Source: Candidatus Fermentibacterota bacterium
GTDB taxonomy: Bacteria; Fermentibacterota; Fermentibacteria; Fermentibacterales; JCC-6
NCBI GenBank assembly: GCA_963845085.1
Contig: CAWJQI010000005.1
Location: forward strand, 905,608 to 969,607
Direction of reading: 5' to 3'
DNA: 64,000 bases
Below, one piece after another: positions 8,525 to 16,395 of this stretch. Both the position numbers and the translations under genes were made by a program. The stretch's first letter is position 1, and each line of letters begins with the position of its first letter. Below the pieces are notes generated by a model. The model had not been told where the DNA came from. It made no database searches and worked only from the letters and a program-made list of their open reading frames with translations.

Positions 8525-8553
8525 TTGACGACAAAGGGCCAGGGTCTTAGTAT
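8525..8553 (+). promoter_or_regulatory. candidate promoter for tRNA-Val (TTGACG-N17-TAGTAT)
   Basis: -35 is at 8525-8530 and -10 at 8548-8553, with 11 nt to the tRNA 5' end at 8565. Confidence 0.45.
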
Positions 8554-8564
8554 GCCGCCGCAGC

Positions 8565-8641
8565 GGGCGAATAACTCAGCTGGCTAGAGTGCCTGCCTTA
8601 CAAGCAGGATGCCGGGGGTTCAAGTCCCTCTTCGCCCACCA
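8565..8641 (+). tRNA. tRNA-Val (anticodon UAC), encoded CCA
   Basis: Hand-folded 77-nt cloverleaf: GGGCGAA/TA/ACTC-AGCTGGCTA-GAGT/G/CCTGC-CUUACAA-GCAGG/ATGCC/GGGGG-TTCAAGT-CCCTC/TTCGCCC-A-CCA. Confidence 0.92.
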
Positions 8642-8647
8642 ATGCAA

Positions 8648-8676
8648 GGGGGGTGAGCATTCAAAACTCACCCCCC
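8648..8676. terminator. GC-rich hairpin between convergent tRNA-Val and the FGE-like gene (bidirectional terminator candidate)
   Basis: GGGGGGTGAG-cattcaaaa-CTCACCCCCC, a 10-bp perfect stem. Confidence 0.55.
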
Positions 8677-8677
8677 G

Positions 8678-9421
8678 TTATCTTGCAAACCTGAAGCCGG
8701 CGTACCAACATCGGTCGCCTGACGTTATAACCCTGTTCCAGCCGATCGTCATGGCGTCTTCAGGCTGTGTCCAGCTTCCGCCCTTCAGAACAAAGGCCGA
8801 ATCGTCCCGGACCATCTCGGCCACGTTGCCGCAGAGATCCGCAAGGCCCGACTGGGACAGGGGGAAGCTTCCGCAGGGTGCAGTGAATGCGAAACCATCG
8901 GCATCCCGTTGTTCCCAATCACCGTTGGCAAGGAAATTGGCCGGAAACTCGGGGGTCATCCCGGGACTGACGGTTCCCCATGTGAACTGCTCGCCGATCG
9001 CTCCTGAAAGGCCTCGCGAGGCAGCATACTCCCATTCGTTCCTGGTGGGCAGGCGCATGCCCAGGGAAGACGCAAGCCTCGAAGCCTCGTCAGGGCTGAC
9101 GTTCACAACGGGATGGTCGGGTCTCTCCGCTGTGTAGTCGGATACACCCGGAAAGCGGGGATCGGGAGGGAACTCGATATGTGCGTCGCGCGCGGCATCG
9201 GCATAGAACCTGTTGCAGACCTCGTGGGCCATGATGCTGAAGGTTTCAACGTTCACCGTCTCTCCCGAGGAGTTGGTGAACGTGCCCCCGGGGACGGTGA
9301 TGAAAAGCGTGTCTTCGGGGATGACGATGCCGGGATCAGCGGCAGTGCCACCTTCGTCCGCGCCTCCGCACGATGCGGCAAGCGCTGCGAGGGCAACCGG
9401 AACGAAAAGAAGCCTTTTCAC
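8678..9421 (-). CDS. lipoprotein with formylglycine-generating-enzyme (SUMF1/FGE-sulfatase) fold, probably non-catalytic
   Basis: Lipobox LAASCGG. FGE-family motifs RLPTRNEWEYAA, GNVAEM, GGSW and GFRFAR, but no CxxxxC catalytic pair near GGSW. The GTG start overlaps the upstream stop (GTGA). Confidence 0.8.
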   Translation of the reverse strand: MKRLLFVPVALAALAASCGGADEGGTAADPGIVIPEDTLFITVPGGTFTNSSGETVNVETFSIMAHEVCNRFYADAARDAHIEFPPDPRFPGVSDYTAERPDHPVVNVSPDEASRLASSLGMRLPTRNEWEYAASRGLSGAIGEQFTWGTVSPGMTPEFPANFLANGDWEQRDADGFAFTAPCGSFPLSQSGLADLCGNVAEMVRDDSAFVLKGGSWTQPEDAMTIGWNRVITSGDRCWYAGFRFAR

Positions 9422-9663
9422 CGGCTACCGTTCCCGCCCCCCGGTCGGAGAATGATTCCAAGGGGGATCATGACGCAATAGCCAAGCACCAGAAGGATCG
9501 GGGAAACAGTGATATGTCCCGCCCTCAGGAGGAACCAGCCTGCAGTTATAACGACAAGGCCGGCAATGAAAAATACATAGTTCAGGGTCGTGAGGGGGGC
9601 TTCCTCTATGCTTCCCTTGTCGCCCTTCACGGGTGCAGCCGCCTTCTTCTTATCGGAAGCCAT
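9418..9663 (-). CDS. small membrane protein (Lys-rich N-terminus + 2 TM helices; DUF3098-like)
   Basis: 81-aa ORF with an ATG preceded by GGAAGGAAGG. Two hydrophobic helices. Family assignment is by resemblance only. Confidence 0.55.
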   Translation of the reverse strand: MASDKKKAAAPVKGDKGSIEEAPLTTLNYVFFIAGLVVITAGWFLLRAGHITVSPILLVLGYCVMIPLGIILRPGGGNGSR

Positions 9664-9722
9664 TTTCCTTCCTTCCGCATTCGGTGTTCAACCCGTAATT
9701 TACCATTTTTCCGACGAAAAGG

Positions 9723-10928
9723 TCAGTGGCGGATCCAACCGTTCCTTTCCGCCTGCAGCATCGCCTCCCCAACCACGAAGAAACTCCCGGTGACGATCAT
9801 GCGTCCGTTCCCGGAATGCTGCCTGCACATGGAAAAAGCGCCTTCGATTGTGTCGCAGGGCGTGCAGTCGACTCCGGACGCTTTGAAGGCCTCGGCAAGC
9901 TCGGCGGCCGGCAGCATTCTCTCGTTGAGCGGGGTGACAGCGAAAACCGGGCTGACCGATCCTGAAAGCATTTCGACCATCTGCTGCCACGGTTTGTCGG
10001 AGAGAAACCCTATCACGGCGGGAACCGGCTTGTCCCAGCCGCTGATGAAACCAAGAAGGGCTTCCATGGATTCAGGGTTGTGCGCGACGTCGAACAGAAC
10101 CAGGGGAGGGCCCTCCCTGAGGTCAAGCCGGCCCGGCCACGAAAGACCATCGCGGCAAAGATTGTCGTACACGGTCCCGACGCTGATCATGCGCTTCGGG
10201 AAGACCTCGGTTGCCGCTGCAAGTGCAAGCCCGCCGTTGCTTTTCTGATGGGGACCGGGAAGTGGCGCCCTGTCGACCCTGATCGGAAAGATCCGGCGCA
10301 GCTCCATCCCTTCCACCGCTTCCTGAATCACAGCCTCAACGTCCGGTGTCTGCGCGGCCGCAACGAGCAGTGTTCCCCTGTCGGCCATGGCCACCTTCTC
10401 GGCTGCGATCAGTGCCCGGGTGGCGCCAAGAATCCTGCTGTGCTCGATCTGAACACCGGTGAAAACCGTTGCCTCACCGCCGAAAACACGCGTTGCATCA
10501 AGCCTGCCGCCCAGTCCGGCCTCTGCAATCACCCATTCCGCGCCCTTTTCGGCGAAGTACCAGGCTGCAAGCGCGGTGGTTATCTCGAAAAACGTGGCGG
10601 AATACTTCTGTATCAGCTGACGCTTGTCGGTGATGAATCTTGCCGCGTCCTCCTCGGAAATCCAGCGGTCATCAAGATTCACGCGCTCCCTGTAATTCAA
10701 CAGGTGCGGAGACGTGGTATGCCCGACCCGAAGCCCAAGGCCGCGGCCCAGGGCCGCGAGAACCGCAGTTGTGCTTCCCTTGCCGTTGGTTCCGACGACG
10801 TGCACGGTTCTGAAGGCTTCCTGGGGCCTGCCCAGCGCGTCCATCAGGGCACGCATCCTGTCGAGATTGTATTTCATCCCCAGTCGTCTTCTGTTGAAGA
10901 CCCAGTTCTCAGCCGTTGAGTAGTTCAT
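9723..10928 (-). CDS. folC: bifunctional folylpolyglutamate synthase / dihydrofolate synthase
   Basis: Mur-ligase P-loop VHVVGTNGKGST, ~400-aa length, ATGA overlap with the upstream gene. Confidence 0.9.
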   Translation of the reverse strand: MNYSTAENWVFNRRRLGMKYNLDRMRALMDALGRPQEAFRTVHVVGTNGKGSTTAVLAALGRGLGLRVGHTTSPHLLNYRERVNLDDRWISEEDAARFITDKRQLIQKYSATFFEITTALAAWYFAEKGAEWVIAEAGLGGRLDATRVFGGEATVFTGVQIEHSRILGATRALIAAEKVAMADRGTLLVAAAQTPDVEAVIQEAVEGMELRRIFPIRVDRAPLPGPHQKSNGGLALAAATEVFPKRMISVGTVYDNLCRDGLSWPGRLDLREGPPLVLFDVAHNPESMEALLGFISGWDKPVPAVIGFLSDKPWQQMVEMLSGSVSPVFAVTPLNERMLPAAELAEAFKASGVDCTPCDTIEGAFSMCRQHSGNGRMIVTGSFFVVGEAMLQAERNGWIRH

Positions 10929-12226
10929 TTCCCCAGTTCCCTCACCAGCTCCTGCAAGAAGCTTCTCTGCCGGGCCGACACCGTGTCCTGTGCCCTGAGG
11001 ACCTCGGAATGACGTACAAAATCACCCTCCGCAACTTCATTGGTAACCAGGGCAACCCCAAGAACCTCGCAACCCTGTGACGCAAGAGCCATAGATTCCT
11101 GTACCGTTGACATGGACACGGCGGACACGCCGGACTCCGCCAGATAACCCACCTCGAACTGGCTCTCATATGCGGGACCCGACACGCAGCAGAACACCCC
11201 CTCCCGCACAGGGGCACCCAATGATAACCCAATCTCCACGGCCCTGGCAGCAAGACGGCGCGAATATATTGCGCCTCCAACTGCACGATGGGGTGGTTCG
11301 GGAATGCACCCGGAGCAGTTCACATGATCTGTGATGACCATGGCGTCGCCGGTCGTCAGATCCGGGCTGACGGCCCCCGATGATGTTGTAAGAAGCCAGG
11401 AGCCGACCCCGAGGGAGGCCAGCGCAGCCGGAAGGACAGCGGTCTCAATGCCGTCAAAGCCCTGGTAGTGATGCCTGCGGCCCAAAAGATAAACCGTGTC
11501 GCCCTTCCTGTTCACAAGCAGCTTCCCGTCGTGCCCCTCGACCGCAGCGGCGCCTGCTCCGGGTATGCTCCCGTAGGGAATCGCGAGTCCGGGCTCATCT
11601 GCTGCAGCAAGCCATCCCAATCCTGATCCGAGCACGACCCCCTTTCTGGGGATCCTTCCCTTCAGCAGTTTTCTCAGCTCCAGTGCGACCCCGGCGGCAG
11701 TAGGCACGGCCGGGAGATCCCTGACCATCACCAGCGCCGCCTCTCCATCCTCGTAATAGCGGCTGCGGATCCCCTCCGTGTAAAAACCCATCCTCCCGTA
11801 GGCAGCCCTCGCTGAAGGTGAGCCAACCCGGACCTCGAGATACGCCCTGGAACAGCCCCTGATGCTTCCCCAATGCAGCACTGCGGACAAAAGCCCTGAA
11901 GCGATACCTTGCCGACGGTACCCGGGGGCGACGGCAATGGACAGCACATGGACTTCCATTGGTTCATCGAGTGAGGCGGACACGTAGCCGACCAGCTCCC
12001 CTCCCGAAAACGCCCCGAGCGACAGGGAGTCGGGCCACCTGCCAAGAACGCCCCTGAGCGTTGCGGCGCTCCAGCAGTCATCGGGGAAACAGGCTTTCTC
12101 AAGTGCCACGACCTGGAGAAGATGCTCCCTGCCGATCCTTCTTGTCTCAGGGACCAAGAAATCCCGCCTTCTGCATGAAACCCCTGAGATAAAGGGGTTC
12201 CGGATTCCTGTCGAATCCTTCGGCAT
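10925..12226 (-). CDS. fusion protein: RimI-type GNAT acetyltransferase (N) + purine nucleoside phosphorylase, PunA/MTAP type (C)
   Basis: The N-terminal half has the GNAT motif VLSIAVAPGYRRQGIASGLL. The C-terminal half has GSGLG, GRRHHYQG and VSMSTVQE (trimeric PNP family). The start is uncertain: the longest ORF overlaps the tsaB end, and a TTG at the tsaB stop is also possible. Confidence 0.8.
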   Translation of the reverse strand: MPKDSTGIRNPFISGVSCRRRDFLVPETRRIGREHLLQVVALEKACFPDDCWSAATLRGVLGRWPDSLSLGAFSGGELVGYVSASLDEPMEVHVLSIAVAPGYRRQGIASGLLSAVLHWGSIRGCSRAYLEVRVGSPSARAAYGRMGFYTEGIRSRYYEDGEAALVMVRDLPAVPTAAGVALELRKLLKGRIPRKGVVLGSGLGWLAAADEPGLAIPYGSIPGAGAAAVEGHDGKLLVNRKGDTVYLLGRRHHYQGFDGIETAVLPAALASLGVGSWLLTTSSGAVSPDLTTGDAMVITDHVNCSGCIPEPPHRAVGGAIYSRRLAARAVEIGLSLGAPVREGVFCCVSGPAYESQFEVGYLAESGVSAVSMSTVQESMALASQGCEVLGVALVTNEVAEGDFVRHSEVLRAQDTVSARQRSFLQELVRELGK

Positions 12227-12818
12227 CGGCCAGGGCTATTCCAAGCAGCGTACAAAGGCCGGGACCCGGCCTGTCCTTCGATTCATTCACCCAGTTCAGC
12301 TCCGCCCCGGTGATCTCCGACCTGCCAGAGCCCACGGCGACAGAACTTTGTGCATGAGCCAGCGCCCCGACATCTTCTCCGTGGTAGATACCCGCGGGAA
12401 GAATCTCTTCCGAGAAAGGGTCGGACGATGCAAAAATGGCTGCAAAGACCTCGCCCTTCCTCGCCCTGATCGCGGCGAGCACCGGGGTTGATGAGGCTGC
12501 TCCGAAGGCAATAAGCCTGAGCGTCGGAACGCCCTTTACCGGAACACCCCAGCCTGCCGACAGCCCCTGGGTGGTTGCAGCGGCGATCCGCAGCCCCGTG
12601 TAGGACCCCGGCCCGAGTATGAACGCGATCCCCGAAAGCCCTCGTCCATCCGTACCCGATGCCGCAAGCACCGATCCCACCGAGAAAAGAAGTGTCTCGG
12701 AGGTTGGAACGCCTGCGGGAAGCCGTTCCTCGGAGATCACCACGCCGTCACGCACAACGGCGGTACCGCCGGGCTCGAACACCGTGTCAATCCCGAGCCA
12801 GGTGCCTGGCAATCTCAA
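12147..12818 (-). CDS. tsaB: tRNA t6A37 biosynthesis protein TsaB
   Basis: Motifs GIDT...GGTAVV and GPGSYTGLRI, ~220 aa, positioned between tsaE and rimI. The start is TTG. Confidence 0.85.
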   Translation of the reverse strand: MRLPGTWLGIDTVFEPGGTAVVRDGVVISEERLPAGVPTSETLLFSVGSVLAASGTDGRGLSGIAFILGPGSYTGLRIAAATTQGLSAGWGVPVKGVPTLRLIAFGAASSTPVLAAIRARKGEVFAAIFASSDPFSEEILPAGIYHGEDVGALAHAQSSVAVGSGRSEITGAELNWVNESKDRPGPGLCTLLGIALADAEGFDRNPEPLYLRGFMQKAGFLGP

Positions 12819-13227
12819 CCTCTCTCACCGAAGGGTCATCAATGCAGCGCAGACTCACATGGATACCCGGAAGCCTGGGAAGATCTGCGAGCCTGTCCGC
12901 CCATTCAACTATCACCACCGCCTGCGAATCGAGGATTTCGTCGAAGCCCAGCATGGAAAGCTCAACGGAGGTGCCGGAAAGACGGTAAAGGTCCATATGG
13001 TGTATCTCCATGGATGGGAGAACGTAAACCGCATCAAGGATGAAGGAGGGGCTCGGTATGGCTCCCTCCACGCCCAGGGTCCGGATGATCGCCCTGGCGA
13101 GAGTTGTCTTGCCCGAGCCCAGATCACCGATCAGGTACACTCTCCCCCCGGGTGCAAGGTTCCCTGCGATTTCCCTGCCGAGATCAATAAGGGCACTCTC
13201 GCCAAGCTCGAAACGGCCTGTTCTCAC
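12787..13227 (-). CDS. tsaE: tRNA t6A37 biosynthesis ATPase TsaE
   Basis: P-loop GDLGSGKTTLAR. The GTG at 13227 overlaps the porX-like stop (GTGA). An alternative ATG at 13257 would overlap it by 34 nt. Confidence 0.85.
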   Translation of the reverse strand: MRTGRFELGESALIDLGREIAGNLAPGGRVYLIGDLGSGKTTLARAIIRTLGVEGAIPSPSFILDAVYVLPSMEIHHMDLYRLSGTSVELSMLGFDEILDSQAVVIVEWADRLADLPRLPGIHVSLRCIDDPSVREVEIARHLARD

Positions 13228-14771
13228 GTGATCCTTCTCGAGGTGAGCACATCGCATGGAACTATCATTTCGTCAAGAGAGATCCCGCCATGCTGGAAGG
13301 AACCCCTGAAATTGTACATGTCCTCCCTGGCAACATGCTCATGAAACAGCAGATAATCGCTTCTCGCGAGCACGTACGATTTCCTGGGATTGTCATCGGG
13401 AAGCCCCCAGGATGCGGGCTGCCTGACAACCAGCGACTGCCTGGGATCTCCTGACAGGGCCATTCCGAACCTGTACCTCACGCTGCTGGACATGCCCCTG
13501 GCCCCGCGCACCCACGCGATCCGCCCGGCCTGAACGCTGCCATGATCGCTTGTCACGATCACGGTCGCGCCCCTTGCGCTAAGGGTAAGAAGCATTTCCC
13601 GAAGGAATGATCCCCTGAACCATGATTCGGCGAGGGCGCGAAAGCTCTTCACATCCGGCGCCAGATCACGGATGAGGTCAAGCTCGCTTCGTCCGTGCGT
13701 GAGGTGGTCGATGTAGTTCACCACAAGGGCGAAAAAGCCGTTCTTTATGAAGTGCGAGAGACCCTTTCGGATGTTGTCGCCCTCGCGCTTGTTTGACGCC
13801 TTGAGGTAGACCGCGTTATCGGCGCCGCTCCATCCAAGCCTCTTCAGAGCGTCCACGAGGAATTTCGGCTCGTTTCTGTTCAGCCCGGGCGCTCCGTACT
13901 CCTCGATCCAGTCGTTTCTGTAGAAGCGGCTGATATCCCTGGGAAGGAGCCCGCTGAAAATGGAATTCCTGCTGTAGGGCGTCGCTGAAGGAAGCCCGGT
14001 CACCATGAACCCGGGTTCCCGGTGATACCACTGCTCGATCTCACGCGACATCAAAAGCCACTGGTCGTACCGCATGCAGTCGATGACCATCACCACCAGT
14101 TCCCCCGGACTGTCGAGCCTTGGGAGGACGACCCGTTCCAGAAAATTGTGGGACATCAGAGGGCCGTCATCAGATGCTATCCAGTCCCTGTAGTGATCCT
14201 CGACGAAACGTGAGAAATCCATCTGCAGCTGATCGAGGCCGACACCCTGAAACGTGCCGAAATCGCTGGCGAGATGCCCGCGGGTGCTGATGTCCTTTTC
14301 GATCCAGTTGGAATAAAGGTGAATCCAGTCCGACAGCGTCCGGTCACGGGACAGCCTGAGGGTCTCGGCCTCTTGCATGACCTCCATGGCGGCCTGCTGC
14401 AGTTTCAGCTTGCCGGAGGTCAGAAGTTTCTTCACCACGAGAAGGATCTGGCTCGGGTTGACCGGCTTGGTGAGAAAGTCGGCAACTGTTCCGGTCAGAG
14501 CCCGATCCATCAGCTCCTCTTCCTCGCTCTGGGTGACCATGACTATCGGCAGCTCCCTGTAGCTCCTGCGGATCTCGCTGACCGTCTCAAGGCCGTCCAT
14601 GCCGACCATCATCTGGTCAAGAAGCACAAGGTCGACCCTTCTGCTTCTGAGTATCTCGAGGGCGTCCCTGCCGCTTTCGGCGGTGTAGACAGTGTACCCC
14701 CTCTTCTCCAGAAAACGGATGTGCGACTGAAGATGGCTGATCTCGTCGTCCACCCAGAGTACCTTCAGCAA
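13224..14771 (-). CDS. porX: PorX-like response regulator: CheY receiver + PglZ/alkaline-phosphatase-superfamily domain
   Basis: Receiver motifs (VLWVDDE, DLVLLDQMMVGMDG). The C-terminal PglZ-type core has VMVIDCMRYDQW, IDHLTHG and TSDHGS. 515 aa. The TTG start overlaps the kinase stop. Confidence 0.85.
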   Translation of the reverse strand: MLKVLWVDDEISHLQSHIRFLEKRGYTVYTAESGRDALEILRSRRVDLVLLDQMMVGMDGLETVSEIRRSYRELPIVMVTQSEEEELMDRALTGTVADFLTKPVNPSQILLVVKKLLTSGKLKLQQAAMEVMQEAETLRLSRDRTLSDWIHLYSNWIEKDISTRGHLASDFGTFQGVGLDQLQMDFSRFVEDHYRDWIASDDGPLMSHNFLERVVLPRLDSPGELVVMVIDCMRYDQWLLMSREIEQWYHREPGFMVTGLPSATPYSRNSIFSGLLPRDISRFYRNDWIEEYGAPGLNRNEPKFLVDALKRLGWSGADNAVYLKASNKREGDNIRKGLSHFIKNGFFALVVNYIDHLTHGRSELDLIRDLAPDVKSFRALAESWFRGSFLREMLLTLSARGATVIVTSDHGSVQAGRIAWVRGARGMSSSVRYRFGMALSGDPRQSLVVRQPASWGLPDDNPRKSYVLARSDYLLFHEHVAREDMYNFRGSFQHGGISLDEMIVPCDVLTSRRIT

Positions 14772-16144
14772 TTCTTCATCTCCTCGCGGCTGACGGGAAT
14801 GATGATGGAAAACGTGGAGCCCTTTCCGGGAACGCTTGCGAGAAGCTGTATCGTTCCGCCGTGGTATTCCTCGATTATCCGTCTGGACAGGGGCAGCCCG
14901 AGCCCCCAGCCGCCGCGGCGGGTCGAGAAGCCGGGTTTGAAAACCTTGTCCTGCTCCCGGGACGGAATGCCCCTGCCGTTGTCGCTGACCTGTATCTCGA
15001 CTATCGACCTGCTCTCATCCGGGTAGTCGCACACCACTTCCACCCTGCCCCGCTCCTCGCCTGCCGCACATGCAGCAACCGCGTTCTTGATAAGGTTTTC
15101 GAGAACCCACCCGAGAAGAACGGAGTTCCCCATCACAACGGCATCGACCATGCTGCCGGCCTCAACAGACACGCCGCCGACAAGCCCCGGCCTCTGCGAG
15201 AAGTACGATACGGTCTCCATGATAACCCCTGATACCTGAACGGGTTCCAGCCTCGGCTTCCTGCCCACGTGCGCGTACCTCTGCGTTATCTGCTCGAGTC
15301 GTTCAACATCCGCACGCATGGCCCTCAGGGCTTCCGCAGCCTCGGGATCGTTCTCAAGGGAGCGGTTCTCCGTCATCAGCTCCAGCCACCCCATCAGCGA
15401 TGACAGCGGGGTGCTGATCTGATGGGCGGTCTCCCGGGCGAAGCCCACCCACGACATCTCCCTTTCGTGTTTTCTCTCCCCCCTCATGAAGAGCAGCATC
15501 AGCCCCCCGATGAGGATCACGAATCCGAGTTCGAGCACCGGCATCCATGCGATCTCGCGGAATATCGGATCTGTGCCGTAATGGAGGTGTCCGAGCTCGG
15601 TTCCGCCCGGACCAGAGATCGGAATGGGCCTGTTGACCTCGTCGAGTGCCGCAATCCTCGACTTGTACACAATCAGCGTATCATCAGGGATGCCCTCGTC
15701 AACGGGGCGGCCGTCGACAACCTGCGGAAATCCCGTGTTATCCGTGAAAATAATTGAATAGGGCAGCCTGTGTACGAGATCGGAGTACAGCCGCCGGGCC
15801 ATTGCCTGAACTTCCCGCCTCTGCTCCACAGTCGTTTCGGACGTGACGACGAACTGGGTAATCCTTCGGCAGTCCGGACAATAACTGGAGATGTGCCTGT
15901 CCTCGGGAATGGTTTCAAGCGGGAACGATGCGCCGCACTCAGTGCATACCGACAGACCCTCCCTGCCTGCGATGAAGCTCAGGGGGTACTGTATTCCCGC
16001 CCAGAACCAGGCGATGGTTTCGTTCGCGATGCGGTTCGACCTTCGCAGCCTCTCCACGAAACTGTGGGTGTACCAGACGAGCAGCCACGACACCAGGGTG
16101 GCGATCAGGATGATCAGAAGCTTTCTTCTGAGAGAGAATGTCAT
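14765..16144 (-). CDS. sensor histidine kinase (PorY-like partner of the adjacent regulator)
   Basis: ORF 14765..16231. The ATG at 16144 gives TM1. The HisKA H-box is HQISTPLSSLMGW, and HATPase_c has DNGRGIP and GWGLGL. A Cys4 motif (CTEC...CPDC) lies between the two TM segments. Confidence 0.85.
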   Translation of the reverse strand: MTFSLRRKLLIILIATLVSWLLVWYTHSFVERLRRSNRIANETIAWFWAGIQYPLSFIAGREGLSVCTECGASFPLETIPEDRHISSYCPDCRRITQFVVTSETTVEQRREVQAMARRLYSDLVHRLPYSIIFTDNTGFPQVVDGRPVDEGIPDDTLIVYKSRIAALDEVNRPIPISGPGGTELGHLHYGTDPIFREIAWMPVLELGFVILIGGLMLLFMRGERKHEREMSWVGFARETAHQISTPLSSLMGWLELMTENRSLENDPEAAEALRAMRADVERLEQITQRYAHVGRKPRLEPVQVSGVIMETVSYFSQRPGLVGGVSVEAGSMVDAVVMGNSVLLGWVLENLIKNAVAACAAGEERGRVEVVCDYPDESRSIVEIQVSDNGRGIPSREQDKVFKPGFSTRRGGWGLGLPLSRRIIEEYHGGTIQLLASVPGKGSTFSIIIPVSREEMKNC

Positions 16145-16395
16145 CTTACCCCCCGGTCGGTTGACACGCCGGAACGGTCTTTCCGATGAACGGAAAAACG
16201 CGCCGGCACCCGAAGCAGCACGAACCGCCATAATCGCTCAAGCACGGCCCTGTGTCAAACAGCCTGCCCGTCCAGACGGTTTTTGTAGCGGAACAGCCCG
16301 AACACAACCCCGGTCTGGACATCCCGCCTCTCCGGGAATAGACTAACCGCTCCGTGGCGTGAACATACACAAGCAAGGACCCTTGGGGGTTACAG

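Noticed and set aside
6348-8641. Genomic island or prophage remnant, because the 2-kb segment is bracketed by two tRNA genes.
   Set aside because: No integrase, transposase or direct repeat of a tRNA 3' end is visible. The GC content and codon bias of the enclosed ORFs match the rest of the window.
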